The notes: generated by a model from the letters alone, not told the origin. DNA of 64,000 nucleotides from Nitrospirota bacterium (GCA_040758355.1 JBFLWF010000003.1:1-64000); one strand, 5' to 3'. Counted from the stretch's first letter, positions 52,166 through 61,972 are shown. Made by a program: numbers and translations.

Positions 52166-52666
52166 TTACGCCCAGGGCGTTCCGCCGTCCACAATGCTGT
52201 GCTCTTCCCACATGAACCAGTTTCCTGTATCGGACATGAAGAAATAGGTATTGGCAAAGACTGCATAATGTTGTTCTTCTTCGTGCACAAGCCTTTCAAA
52301 GAGATTTCTCTCTTTCTCTGTAATAGCCTCCGATGCAGCCTTTTTATAAAACTCAACACCATGTTTTTCCATATCAGCAGCAATCTTGAATGCCTCCAGT
52401 TCATCCCTGGTAGCCTCAACCCTTTCCATCATCTCATGCTTCATCTCTTCAAAGATCGTCTTCATATTCTTCATTGGAGATGCCTCTCGAATCTTGAAGT
52501 CAAGTCCCTTCAATAATTCCGAGAGCATATCGAGATGCCTCTTTTCGTCTTCTGCTATGGATAAAAACATCTTTTTGCCGACTGCATGATTACATTTGTC
52601 CGATGCCTCTTTGTAGAATTTTATGGCATCTGTCTCCATCTTTATGGCTATTTCAACTGCATTCAT
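52166..52666 (-). CDS. Ferritin-like / rubrerythrin-family di-iron protein
   Basis: Duplicated AI.ME....FY ... E..H helices; ATG at 52666 with SD AGGAGG. Confidence 0.88.
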   Translation of the reverse strand: MNAVEIAIKMETDAIKFYKEASDKCNHAVGKKMFLSIAEDEKRHLDMLSELLKGLDFKIREASPMKNMKTIFEEMKHEMMERVEATRDELEAFKIAADMEKHGVEFYKKAASEAITEKERNLFERLVHEEEQHYAVFANTYFFMSDTGNWFMWEEHSIVDGGTPWA

Positions 52667-52677
52667 GATTTCCTCCT

Positions 52678-52836
52678 TTAAACCTTCTCGAACATATCCT
52701 TTCCTGCACCGCAAACAGGGCATACCCAGTCATCCGGAAGTTTTTCGAATGGCGTCCCTGCTGCAACACCTGAATCAGGGTCTCCGTATTCAGGGTCGTA
52801 TACATAACCGCATACGCTGCATTTCCACTTTTCCAT
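52678..52836 (-). CDS. Rubredoxin (52 aa; absent from the ORF track)
   Basis: Hand translation [59 protein letters not shown]. Confidence 0.97.
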   Translation of the reverse strand: MEKWKCSVCGYVYDPEYGDPDSGVAAGTPFEKLPDDWVCPVCGAGKDMFEKV

Positions 52837-52877
52837 AAGCCCTCCGATAATATTTTATTTAAATGCTATAAAAGAAC

Positions 52878-54170
52878 TCATTGCCTGTCAATTTTTTCCA
52901 TCTTTACCTTTGCTATTCGCTGGCCGACCATTTCTACAACCCTTAATTTTTTGTCTTCCATTTCTATAATATCGCCGGTCTGCGGTATCCTCTGGAGATA
53001 TGTAATAATAAAGCCTCCCAGTGTCTCATATTCCGGCGATTCCGGTATTTCTATATTATAATCCTCCATGAGATCGCTCACACTTATGGAGGCATCTATT
53101 ATTACAGTGCCGTCGCTGAGTTGAATGACAGGGCTCTCTATATCGTATTCATCCCTGATCTCGCCGACAATTTCCTCAAGGAGGTCTTCCAGGGTTACAA
53201 GGCCCGAGACAGCGCCGTATTCATCTATAACTATTGCCATATGTATCCTTTTTTTCTGCATCTCGCGCAGGAGAATGCTTATCTTCATTGTCTCGGGGAT
53301 GAATATGGGCGGCTTTATGATCTTATGAATATCCACGCTGCCTGTTTTTGAGAGTATATTATAGAAATCCTTTGCATACAAAATGCCCCTGATGTCATTT
53401 ATGTCTTTCCCTATAACAGGATAACGGGAGAACTTCTCCTCGGCTATGATGGACTTAACCTCATCAACCGGCATATTAATGCCTATAACTACCATCTGGG
53501 GGACAGGCCTCATAACCTCCTTTGCAAAGGTATCCGTAAACTCAAAGACGCTGTGTATAAGCTCCTTTTCTTCGGGTTCAAAAACACCCCTCTCCCCGCC
53601 CTCTTCTATGAGCATCTTCACTTCTTCCTCGGTGATATAACCCCTCTCTGTAAATGCCTTTTTGCCGAATGGCTTCAATAATATATTTGTGCTTGACGTA
53701 AGAATGCTTACAAATACAGTTGCCAGCTTAGAAATTCGGTTTATTGCAGGGGCAGTAAAGAGCCCCACACCTTCGGGATTTGATAGTGCTATGGATTTGG
53801 GAATTAGTTCCCCGAATATGAGGGAAAAGTAAGTGATGCATGCAACCACAATCCCTATGGCTATTGCCTCGCTGGATGCAGATATGAAGGTTATCGGGAC
53901 GGTCTTTAATACGGGCTTTATAACCTCTACAGCAGCAGCACCGCCGATAGCAGATGCAAGGGCGCCTGCCAGCGTAACTCCTATCTGAATCGTAGCAAGA
54001 AACCTGTCAGGGGATTCCCTTAGCTTATCCAAAATTTCGGCATTTTTTTTCCCCTCCTCCACAAGCTGTTTTACACGCGTCCTTCTGATCGTGACAACGG
54101 CTATTTCAGAGGCGGCAAAAAAGCCGTTTATAAGGATAAATATTGATATTAGTAATATCTCAAGCCACAT
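52878..54170 (-). CDS. HlyC/CorC family transporter (CNNM-CBS-CorC)
   Basis: NGFFAASEIA, FLATIQIG, GELIPKS, SRYPV, DEYG...GLVTLEDLLEEIVGEI.DEYD. Confidence 0.93.
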   Translation of the reverse strand: MWLEILLISIFILINGFFAASEIAVVTIRRTRVKQLVEEGKKNAEILDKLRESPDRFLATIQIGVTLAGALASAIGGAAAVEVIKPVLKTVPITFISASSEAIAIGIVVACITYFSLIFGELIPKSIALSNPEGVGLFTAPAINRISKLATVFVSILTSSTNILLKPFGKKAFTERGYITEEEVKMLIEEGGERGVFEPEEKELIHSVFEFTDTFAKEVMRPVPQMVVIGINMPVDEVKSIIAEEKFSRYPVIGKDINDIRGILYAKDFYNILSKTGSVDIHKIIKPPIFIPETMKISILLREMQKKRIHMAIVIDEYGAVSGLVTLEDLLEEIVGEIRDEYDIESPVIQLSDGTVIIDASISVSDLMEDYNIEIPESPEYETLGGFIITYLQRIPQTGDIIEMEDKKLRVVEMVGQRIAKVKMEKIDRQ

Positions 54171-54197
54171 AAATTAAGCGGGATATTTACAGGGTGC

Positions 54198-54229
54198 CGT
54201 CATAGCGGGGGATACTCCTCGCAATGACG
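54198..54229. repeat. Short REP-like palindrome
   Basis: CGTCAT-A-GCGGGGGA-TAC-TCCTCGC-A-ATGACG. Confidence 0.6.
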
Positions 54230-54289
54230 ATCTAAAGGGTTAGGTAAGTTCGGATCCATATATGGATAATTATATCATCTTTTTCTGTC

Positions 54290-54376
54290 TTTAGTTATTA
54301 GTAATTGAGTAATTAAGTTATTAAGTTATTGAGTTAGTTTTATTCACTCATTCACTTATTTACTTATTTACTTATT
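54290..54376. repeat. Degenerate 8-mer tandem repeats in inverted arrangement
   Basis: (AAGTTATT)n-like followed by (TACTTATT)n-like; near copy at 55629-55709. Confidence 0.85.
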
Positions 54377-55615
54377 TTACGGGTTAGCTGTAAGTATCAT
54401 CCTTACCATCTCAGGATAATGCGCAATAAGTCTCAACTCATCGTCGGTAAGGGGCTTTTGTGTATGCAGGTTTGCATACTGGGCAAGATCGAGTATCTTT
54501 CTTGCCTCGTTGTCATCGTGGAATTCTATGCCAAGCTTGCTGTAGACATGCCTGAAGCCCTTTATGCCGCCGTATTCGCCTGTTGTTATTACGCGTCCTG
54601 TTTCCACAAGCTCGTGCTCTCCCCTTCCTACATCCTCCGGGTCATAAAGCTCGTAGTTTCTCCTGTCCTTCAATGCACCGTCTGCATGTATTCCGGATTC
54701 GTGTGCAAAGGCATTGGCGCCAACACCTGGCTGATTGATCGGTATTGGAAGATTAAAGGCATACGATGCATACTTTGCTATTTTCCATGATTTTGTCAGA
54801 TCCACATGTTCGTCGAGAGGAACCTTGTCCTTAACGCCGTGTGAAAATTTAAGGGCAAGAATAGTGGAAACGAGGTCGCAGTTACCAGCCCTTTCTCCAT
54901 AGCCGTTTATTGTCGTGTTTATATAGGCATCAACGCCTGCCTCTATGGCCCCCTGAGCGCCTGCCACAGATACTGCCTCTGCCATGCCGAGGTCGTTGTG
55001 GCAATGCATCTCGACAGGGAATTTTGTTGCAAATGATAGTGCCTTTATCCTCTCATAAATCGTTATCGGATCGTCTGCTCCGAGGGTATCGCAATATCTG
55101 AATCTGTCAGCGCCGGCTTCCTTGCCTGCAAGTGCAAATTCTATAAGCCTGTCAAGCTCTGTCCTTGATGCATCCTCTGCATTAACGCCCACTGTTTCTG
55201 CACCGAGTTCTTTGGCAAGCTTTACGGATTCTTTAACTGTCTTCAAAATGTCCTTCCATGATTTTTTGCCCATGAACTTTGCACGCAGCATTATTTCCGA
55301 TGTGGACATGGAAATGTTGAGATGCCTCAATCCTGGACAGTTCTTAAAGGACAGCTTCACATCTTCAGGGACAGCCCTGCACCAGCCTTCGAGGTGTATC
55401 CTCTTCATTGCCCCTGCCTTGGCAAGCTCAATGTTGGCATTAATATAATTAAACTCGTGCTTAAGGGTCGGAAAACCCACCTCGCTCTGATAGATGCCCA
55501 TCTCATCGAGGTATATATTCAGCATTGTCTTTGAGAGCTTTGGCAGCAGAATCCTCGATGTCTGAACGCCGTCTCTATTGGTAACATCGATGAGATATAC
55601 CTTGTTGTTATTCAT
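54377..55615 (-). CDS. Homocitrate/isopropylmalate synthase family enzyme, probable Re-citrate synthase
   Basis: DVTNRDGVQ, NAEDASR, CDTLG, HCHNDLG, GERAGN, HESGIH; no LeuA regulatory domain. Confidence 0.8.
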   Translation of the reverse strand: MNNNKVYLIDVTNRDGVQTSRILLPKLSKTMLNIYLDEMGIYQSEVGFPTLKHEFNYINANIELAKAGAMKRIHLEGWCRAVPEDVKLSFKNCPGLRHLNISMSTSEIMLRAKFMGKKSWKDILKTVKESVKLAKELGAETVGVNAEDASRTELDRLIEFALAGKEAGADRFRYCDTLGADDPITIYERIKALSFATKFPVEMHCHNDLGMAEAVSVAGAQGAIEAGVDAYINTTINGYGERAGNCDLVSTILALKFSHGVKDKVPLDEHVDLTKSWKIAKYASYAFNLPIPINQPGVGANAFAHESGIHADGALKDRRNYELYDPEDVGRGEHELVETGRVITTGEYGGIKGFRHVYSKLGIEFHDDNEARKILDLAQYANLHTQKPLTDDELRLIAHYPEMVRMILTANP

Positions 55616-55628
55616 ACTCCTCCTCTAT

Positions 55629-55709
55629 TTTAGTTAGTAATTGAGTTATTAGTAATTAAGTTATTAAGTTATTGGGCTTTAAATTACTTATTTACTTATT
55701 TACTTATTT
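55629..55709. repeat. Degenerate 8-mer tandem repeats in inverted arrangement, overlapping the ilvN stop
   Basis: Same units as 54290-54376. Confidence 0.85.
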
Positions 55710-56192
55710 CTTCTTAGTGATTTCCCTTGCAATGGCCACCTTCCCTGTCCTTACAAATTCCTTTATGCCCATGGGCTTCATTAATTCGATGAATGCCTCG
55801 ATTTTCTTCTCATCACCCGTTATTTCTATGGTGTATGCATTGGGACTTGAATCAACAACCCTTCCCCTGAATATCTCGGCGGTCCTCAGTACCTCTGCCT
55901 TGTTCTCCTGTTTCGGGGCAACCTTGATAAGGACCATTTCCCTTTCCACATGGTCAAGCTCGGTGAGGTCTATGACCTTTATTACATCGATCAATTTGTT
56001 GAGCTGTTTAGTGATCTGCTCTATGACCCAGTCGTCTCCTGTGGTGACAATGGTCATAATCGAGATGTTGGGGTCTATTGTCTCGCCCACGGAAAGGCTC
56101 TCGATATTATATCCCCTGCCGCTGAAAAGGCCTGAAACCCTCGAAAGGACCCCGAATTTATTTTCCACAAGCACAGAAATGGTGTGTCTCAT
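55704..56192 (-). CDS. ilvN: Acetolactate synthase small subunit
   Basis: [42 protein letters not shown]. Confidence 0.96.
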   Translation of the reverse strand: MRHTISVLVENKFGVLSRVSGLFSGRGYNIESLSVGETIDPNISIMTIVTTGDDWVIEQITKQLNKLIDVIKVIDLTELDHVEREMVLIKVAPKQENKAEVLRTAEIFRGRVVDSSPNAYTIEITGDEKKIEAFIELMKPMGIKEFVRTGKVAIAREITKKK

Positions 56193-56206
56193 TTCATGAC
56201 CTCCGC

Positions 56207-57958
56207 TTACTTTACTGCCTTAAGTTTCTTTTCAGCCTTTTTCTCTTTTTCTTCAAAGAGCATGGAATCCAGCGTTGCACCTGCCGGAACCATTGGATAT
56301 ACCTTCTCCTTCCAATCGCAGACAAAGTCCATGAACACAGGCTTCTTTATCTTGATTGCCTCCTTCAATACAGGTTCCACCTCGCTGGGTTTTGTCGCCC
56401 TTAAACCAACTGCTCCGTAAGCATGGGCAAGCTCAACAAAATCGGGAGTGGTCTCTGTTTCAAGGTGGACATGGGAATATCTCTCCTGGTAGAAAAGCTC
56501 CTGCCACTGTCTTACCATGCCCAGATACCTGTTATTTAAGATGGCAACTTTGACAGGCAGCTTGTAAATAACTGCTGTGGCAAGCTCCTGTATATTCATC
56601 TGTATGCTTCCGTCACCTGCTATGTCTATAACGAGTTTATCGGGATGCGCAAGCTGTGCGCCTATAGCTGCGGGGAAACCATATCCCATTGTCCCGAGTC
56701 CTCCCGAGGTCAAGAACCTTCTTGGTTTGTCGAACTTGTAAAACTGGGCTGCCCACATCTGGTTCTGTCCCACCTCCGTGGTTATGATGGCGTCTCCCTT
56801 TGTAATGTCATATATCTTTTCCACGACAAATTGAGGTTTAATCACATCAGGGTTATATGTGTAAGTTAATGGTCTCTCCTTTTTCCATTCTGCTATCTGC
56901 TTCAGCCACGCCTTTCTTACCTCTTTCCACTGCTCCTTTATATCTTCTTTCAGGATCTTGTTCATCACCGTGAGCACCTTCTTCACGTCTCCAACTATGG
57001 GAACGTCAACCCTCACATTCTTCCTTATGGAAGTAGGGTCTATATCTATGTGAACTATTTTTGCATGGGGAGCAAAGCCTTCTATCTTTCCGGTAACCCT
57101 GTCGTCAAACCTCATTCCAACGGCAATTAATAAATCGGATTCCTGAACGCTCTTATTTGCATAGTAAGTGCCGTGCATTCCGAGCATACCGAGGGATAAC
57201 TCATTGGTTCCCGGGAATGAGCCGAGTCCCATAAGGGTCATGGTGACAGGAATGCTCGCATGTTCTGCAAGCTCCTTCAGTTCTTTTGATGCACCGGAGA
57301 TTATGCAGCCGCCGCCTGCAATTATGACAGGCCTCTTTGCCCTTGCGATTTCATGGGCTGCCCTTTCTATCATCCACCTGTTGCCTTCATAGGTGGGATT
57401 ATAGCTCCTGATCTCTACATGATCAGGCCATACAAAGTCTGTCTTGCTGGATGTCACATCTTTAGGCAGATCAATCAATACCGGGCCTGGCCTTCCTGTT
57501 GCGGCTATATGGAATGCCTCTCTGATCTGCTCTGCCAGTTCATTAACATCCTTTGCAAGTATGTTATATTTTGTGCACGGCCTTGTTATGCCTACAATGT
57601 CCGCCTCCTGAAAGGCATCGTTTCCAATGAGCATGGTTGGAACCTGCCCTGTCAATACAACAAGCGGAATAGAATCCATGGATGCTGTTGCTATGCCTGT
57701 AACAGTGTTTGTAGCGCCCGGGCCTGATGTCACAAGGACAACGCCTGGTTTTCCTGTTGACCTTGCATAGCCGTCTGCTGCATGGACAGCTCCCTGCTCA
57801 TGCCTTGTAAGAATCAGTTGTAAATCCTTGTCGTCATAAAGGAGATCAAAGATATTCAGGATAACCCCGCCAGGGTATCCGAAGATATGTTTGACCCCTT
57901 CCCTCTTCAGGGATTCGATTATTATCTCAGCACCTGTCATTTTCCCAGACACTTTCAT
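56207..57958 (-). CDS. ilvB: Acetolactate synthase large subunit
   Basis: [50 protein letters not shown] favours ATG at 57958. Confidence 0.96.
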   Translation of the reverse strand: MKVSGKMTGAEIIIESLKREGVKHIFGYPGGVILNIFDLLYDDKDLQLILTRHEQGAVHAADGYARSTGKPGVVLVTSGPGATNTVTGIATASMDSIPLVVLTGQVPTMLIGNDAFQEADIVGITRPCTKYNILAKDVNELAEQIREAFHIAATGRPGPVLIDLPKDVTSSKTDFVWPDHVEIRSYNPTYEGNRWMIERAAHEIARAKRPVIIAGGGCIISGASKELKELAEHASIPVTMTLMGLGSFPGTNELSLGMLGMHGTYYANKSVQESDLLIAVGMRFDDRVTGKIEGFAPHAKIVHIDIDPTSIRKNVRVDVPIVGDVKKVLTVMNKILKEDIKEQWKEVRKAWLKQIAEWKKERPLTYTYNPDVIKPQFVVEKIYDITKGDAIITTEVGQNQMWAAQFYKFDKPRRFLTSGGLGTMGYGFPAAIGAQLAHPDKLVIDIAGDGSIQMNIQELATAVIYKLPVKVAILNNRYLGMVRQWQELFYQERYSHVHLETETTPDFVELAHAYGAVGLRATKPSEVEPVLKEAIKIKKPVFMDFVCDWKEKVYPMVPAGATLDSMLFEEKEKKAEKKLKAVK

Positions 57959-58111
57959 AATTTTGCTCCTCATAAAAAAATAAATTCCAAATCCTAATTT
58001 CGAAATTCGAATTTCGGATTTAGTGCTTACATTAGGTTATGAATTATTAGAATATCATAATTTTCATGAACTTTTCCAGAATATTAATGGAGCGATCTTT
58101 TTATTTTTTCT

Positions 58112-58453
58112 TCACTCTTTTTTTCTTTCACAGCATTTGACAACATTGGTATCGCTGATCTCTACAAGTCCTTTTTCCACTATACTAAGGACATCGGGCA
58201 GAACCTTATCGATCATATCTTCTGAATCCACAACCTCGATCTTTAATGGCAAACTCGTGGACAGTTCAAGTATCTTTGATTTATGGAATACGCCATCGCT
58301 GCCGTAGCCGGCTACTCCCCTGAATACACTGACGCCGGCTATTTTCTTTTTGTAAAAAATGTCCATCAGCACTTCATAAACAGGCTTCCCACCGAATTTG
58401 TCCGTCTCATCCACATAAATCGAAAGTTTCTTTGCAGTCCCCTGTTTTACCAT
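58112..58453 (-). CDS. DUF190 family PII-like protein
   Basis: IAGVSVFRGVAGYG, LSTSLPLKIEVVD; usual crcB neighbour. Confidence 0.9.
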   Translation of the reverse strand: MVKQGTAKKLSIYVDETDKFGGKPVYEVLMDIFYKKKIAGVSVFRGVAGYGSDGVFHKSKILELSTSLPLKIEVVDSEDMIDKVLPDVLSIVEKGLVEISDTNVVKCCERKKE

Positions 58454-58489
58454 AATTTATCTCCTATATCTTACAAAACCTGTCGCGAG

Positions 58490-58556
58490 TGTCATTCCTG
58501 CGAAAGCAGGAATCTATACATTTTTCTTCTGGATTCCCGCTTCCGCGGGAATGACA
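58490..58556. repeat. REP-like palindromic doublet (GTCATTCC...GGAATGAC type)
   Basis: TGTCATTCCTGCGAAAGCAGGAATC ... GATTCCCGCTTCCGCGGGAATGACA. Confidence 0.85.
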
Positions 58557-58564
58557 GAAAAAAA

Positions 58565-58948
58565 TTAAATACTCTTTGCAATCAATTCTCCAATTTTTAA
58601 TGCAATAAATCCCGCAACAACACTGAAAATTACATTCATTGATGCAAGCAGCCATTCCCCGTCTTTCAGAAGGCTTCCAGTCTCATACTCAAAAGTAGAA
58701 AATGTTGTATACGCCCCAAGAAATCCAACTATCAAAAATAACCTCCACTGAGGGTTGACCATCAATTTTTCGGTAAACAAAGACATAAGAAGTCCGATGA
58801 AAAAACTCCCGCTTACATTAATAAAAAACGTGCCTAATGGAAAGCTCCTTCCCCATTTCTGGCCAATCCAGAGGCCAATGGCGTATCTGGCGATTGCACC
58901 GATAAAACCTCCAATGCCTATTATCAGATAGTTTATCATTGATTGCAT
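58565..58948 (-). CDS. crcB: Fluoride channel Fluc/CrcB
   Basis: GGFIGAIARY, FPLGTFFINVSGSF, GFLGAYTTFSTF. Confidence 0.96.
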   Translation of the reverse strand: MQSMINYLIIGIGGFIGAIARYAIGLWIGQKWGRSFPLGTFFINVSGSFFIGLLMSLFTEKLMVNPQWRLFLIVGFLGAYTTFSTFEYETGSLLKDGEWLLASMNVIFSVVAGFIALKIGELIAKSI

Positions 58949-58949
58949 T

Positions 58950-58994
58950 AAAAAACTCCTACCCTCTTAAATTTTTTAACCGAGAGTAGGAGTT
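58950..58994 (-). terminator. Riboswitch expression-platform hairpin with U-tract
   Basis: Minus strand AACTCCTACTCTC ... GAGGGTAGGAGTT followed by TTTT. Confidence 0.85.
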
Positions 58995-59037
58995 ATCAGC
59001 TTCGGAACCGAAAGCGGTTATGGCGAACCCCATCGCC
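58986..59037 (-). promoter_or_regulatory. Fluoride riboswitch (crcB motif)
   Basis: Minus strand GGCGATGGGGTTCGCC-ATAACCGC...GCTGATAACTCCTAC, directly upstream of crcB. Confidence 0.95.
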
Positions 59038-59082
59038 TTTTAAATTATTTAAAAAATAACATAATCATAAACAGTAAGGCAA

Positions 59083-61773
59083 TCAAAATATTTCTCCAGC
59101 CAGCACTTTACGCAATATCTCGCTCAGCTCCTGAATCTTATACGGTTTGGCAACTACGCTCCTAAAGCCGTATTTTTTAAAGTCAGACATGATTGGATCA
59201 TCCGGATAGCCGCTGGATACAATTGCTTTAACATCGGGGTCGATCTCGAACAACCTCTTGATGGCTTCTCTGCCCCCCATACCTCCTCGCACGGTCAGAT
59301 CCATTACTACAGCACCAAAGGGCTGCCCCGATTCTCTGGCTTTTTTGTATAGCTCAATTGCCTCTTGGCCGTCTCCAGCAGACTCAACCTCATACCCCAT
59401 GCTGCGCAGCATGTCACAGGTAACTTCCCTTATCAATTCTTCGTCATCCATTACAAGAACCTTTCCACTGCCTGCAAATACTTCCCCTTTTGGCTCTTTT
59501 GCCTGAATCTCCTTTTCGGAAGCCGGGATATAGATATAAAAAGTTGTTCCAATTCCAACCCTTGATTCTGCAGTAATATATCCATCATGTTTCTTGATTA
59601 TGGAATAACAGACTGCAAGCCCCAGTCCTGTTCCCTTTCTGCTGTCCATCTTCTTTGTTGTAAAGTATGGGTCGAATATCCTTTTCATGTGTTCCTTCGG
59701 GATGCCAATGCCATGATCTTTTACAGATATTTTCACATATCTGCCTTCTTTTACAGGAAGACCGTCTTCAGAACCGACTGTAACATTTTCTGCCAGAACT
59801 TCAAGAGTCCCGCCCTCGGGCATGGCCCGCTGCGCATTAATACTCAGGTTGTGGATTACCTGCCTCAATTGCCCTTCATCGACTTCAACAGGCCAGAGGT
59901 CTTCCTGAATTGAGAAGTCGCATTTTACATTGGAACCGCTGAGCGAGAAAGTCACAGTATCCTCTATCAATCTTTTAATATATACAACCCCTTTTACAGG
60001 CTCTCCACCCTTTGCAAAGGTCAGTAATTGATAGGTAAGGTCCTTTGCCCTGAAGGATGCTTTTTCTGCTCTGGTCAAGAGTCCGAAATTCTTATCATCG
60101 GGGCTTGTCGACATCTTGGCGAGGGAAATATTTCCTAAAATGCCTGTAAGGAGATTATTGAAGTCATGGGCAATGCCGCCGGCAAGAAAGGCAATCGATT
60201 CCAGTTTTTTGACATTGATCAGCTCGTCTTCCATCTTTTTGCGAAGAGTGATATCTCTGAACGCAGTAATGGAACCGACAATCCTTCCATCCTCTATCAT
60301 TGGAGTAGAAATGTAAGCAACAGGGAACATGGTTCCATCCTTCCGGATGAACATATCGTCTTCGGTAATATATTTTTCCCCTGTCCTGATAACTTTAAGC
60401 ACAGGGCAGTCCCCGGCGGATAGCGGTGTTCCATTGGGTCTGCAATAGTGGATTATTTCGTGTACGTTTTTATCGAGCAATTCTGTTTCCTTCCATCCTA
60501 ACAGACGCTCTGCCTCCGGGTTCATGAAGATGAGACGGCCATGTTCGTTGACAACATAAACGCCTTCTCCCAGTGCCGATGTAATTTCCCGTAATTTTTT
60601 CTCGCTGCTTTGCAGTCGTTCATCCCGGCCACCACTCGTGCAGATAGCCGATCCTTCCGCCTTTCTCCGGTCAATTACGTTTGTCATTATATTTGCAACA
60701 GACTGGAGGAAGTTTATGTCATCTTCTGAGAATTTCCTCTTTTTCCTTGTATGGGCGCCCATTACCCCATAATGCCTGTCCTTGTCATGGATAATAACGC
60801 TTATACCGCTGGCCACGTCATGGTCTATGAGAAGCTGCGGCCCTTTAAATCGGGTCTCTGTGCTGAGGTCATCCACTATGACCGGTCCGGAAGACAGGAG
60901 CGTATACCCGGCCTGTGAGTCTGAATCTGCCGGAACAATTGCCTTTCCTACAAGCCCCTTTCTCCATCCAACGCCGGCTCTTAGGAGTAAGGCTTTTTCG
61001 TCTGGAAGGAGTTCCAGTATCTTGGCATATTCCACATTCAGGCCTTTGGCTACGAGGACGACAGTTTCGTCCATTAAGTCCTGCAGGTCTAAGCCTGTCA
61101 GCGCCTTCTCTCCAAGTTCAGCAACTATTGCCTGCTGTTGTACCCTGGCATTCAGCATTTCCTCAGCCTGCCTGCGTTTGATGGCCTCAGATAGTGCATT
61201 GGCAATAGAAGTTAAGAACGCCTCTTCCCTTTGATTGCGGGGGTGTCCTTCTTTTACATAAATATTTATTACTCCAAGCAATTTGTCGGAAAAAAGGATA
61301 GGGACAGAATAATGGCCGTGATTAACAATCCCTTCGTATCTGACTTCATGGCGGTCATCGAGGCAATCGGCAAATTGTATCTGTCTGGTAAATGCTGCAC
61401 GTCCGCAAAGACACCTGCCAATGGGAAGGCGTGAACATGTCTCCTTTAAGGATTCATTGAGGCCTCTCTGAGCCTTCATTATCAAGAAATCGGAATCATC
61501 TTCAGCGAGGAATATGCAGCCCTTTGATTCAAAGGCAAGCCATGGGATTGAAAGGATCAGTCGAAGCGCTCGCTTCAGGAATTCTTCAAGAGATGTCCCT
61601 TCCAGTGAAAGACTCAAAAGGAAATTTAGTGCCCTCTGGGTATCGTAGCTCTTCCGCATCTCCTCTTCTGCCCGCATGAACTGGGCCTCTGAGGTCTTCA
61701 ATCTGTCAATTCGTTGCCGAAGTCCTGATAGTTCGTCAATAAGTTGTTGTTTTGTTTTATGTTCGTCTTTCAT
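59083..61773 (-). CDS. Hybrid sensor histidine kinase (GAF-GAF-PAS-HisKA-HATPase-REC)
   Basis: AGGIAHDFNNLL, D.GIGI, FDPYFTTK, GTGLGL, VMDDE/MDLT receiver; start 61773 or 61785. Confidence 0.93.
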   Translation of the reverse strand: MKDEHKTKQQLIDELSGLRQRIDRLKTSEAQFMRAEEEMRKSYDTQRALNFLLSLSLEGTSLEEFLKRALRLILSIPWLAFESKGCIFLAEDDSDFLIMKAQRGLNESLKETCSRLPIGRCLCGRAAFTRQIQFADCLDDRHEVRYEGIVNHGHYSVPILFSDKLLGVINIYVKEGHPRNQREEAFLTSIANALSEAIKRRQAEEMLNARVQQQAIVAELGEKALTGLDLQDLMDETVVLVAKGLNVEYAKILELLPDEKALLLRAGVGWRKGLVGKAIVPADSDSQAGYTLLSSGPVIVDDLSTETRFKGPQLLIDHDVASGISVIIHDKDRHYGVMGAHTRKKRKFSEDDINFLQSVANIMTNVIDRRKAEGSAICTSGGRDERLQSSEKKLREITSALGEGVYVVNEHGRLIFMNPEAERLLGWKETELLDKNVHEIIHYCRPNGTPLSAGDCPVLKVIRTGEKYITEDDMFIRKDGTMFPVAYISTPMIEDGRIVGSITAFRDITLRKKMEDELINVKKLESIAFLAGGIAHDFNNLLTGILGNISLAKMSTSPDDKNFGLLTRAEKASFRAKDLTYQLLTFAKGGEPVKGVVYIKRLIEDTVTFSLSGSNVKCDFSIQEDLWPVEVDEGQLRQVIHNLSINAQRAMPEGGTLEVLAENVTVGSEDGLPVKEGRYVKISVKDHGIGIPKEHMKRIFDPYFTTKKMDSRKGTGLGLAVCYSIIKKHDGYITAESRVGIGTTFYIYIPASEKEIQAKEPKGEVFAGSGKVLVMDDEELIREVTCDMLRSMGYEVESAGDGQEAIELYKKARESGQPFGAVVMDLTVRGGMGGREAIKRLFEIDPDVKAIVSSGYPDDPIMSDFKKYGFRSVVAKPYKIQELSEILRKVLAGEIF

Positions 61774-61972
61774 TGCTTGTAGCAAGTTTTCACAAATGTG
61801 TACTAATCGCTATCAATCAAATACGGAAGACATTCGCTGCAAAAGGCAGGCCCCCCCGTTTCTTCATCCCCTATGGTTTTGTTCTTAACAAAAGGCTGGA
61901 ACTATTTTTTTGTTTTATTGTAAAACAATAAATACGGAAATGTAAATTCCATAATCCGTAACGTAATGATGA

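Noticed and set aside
52667..52723. Cys-rich N-terminus of the 185-aa ORF
   Set aside because: Alternative frame of the rubredoxin gene.
54180..54260. Metal-sensing riboswitch upstream of hlyC/corC
   Set aside because: Only one hairpin; yybP-ykoY, M-box and NiCo motifs are not recognisable.
54290..54376. CRISPR-like array
   Set aside because: Contiguous 8-nt units without unique spacers.
55672..56199. 175-aa plus-strand ORF and other short antisense ORFs in the track
   Set aside because: Shadows of well-supported genes with no recognisable motifs.
58464..58655. 63-aa Cys-rich ORF
   Set aside because: Off-frame crcB plus translation of the REP-like repeat.
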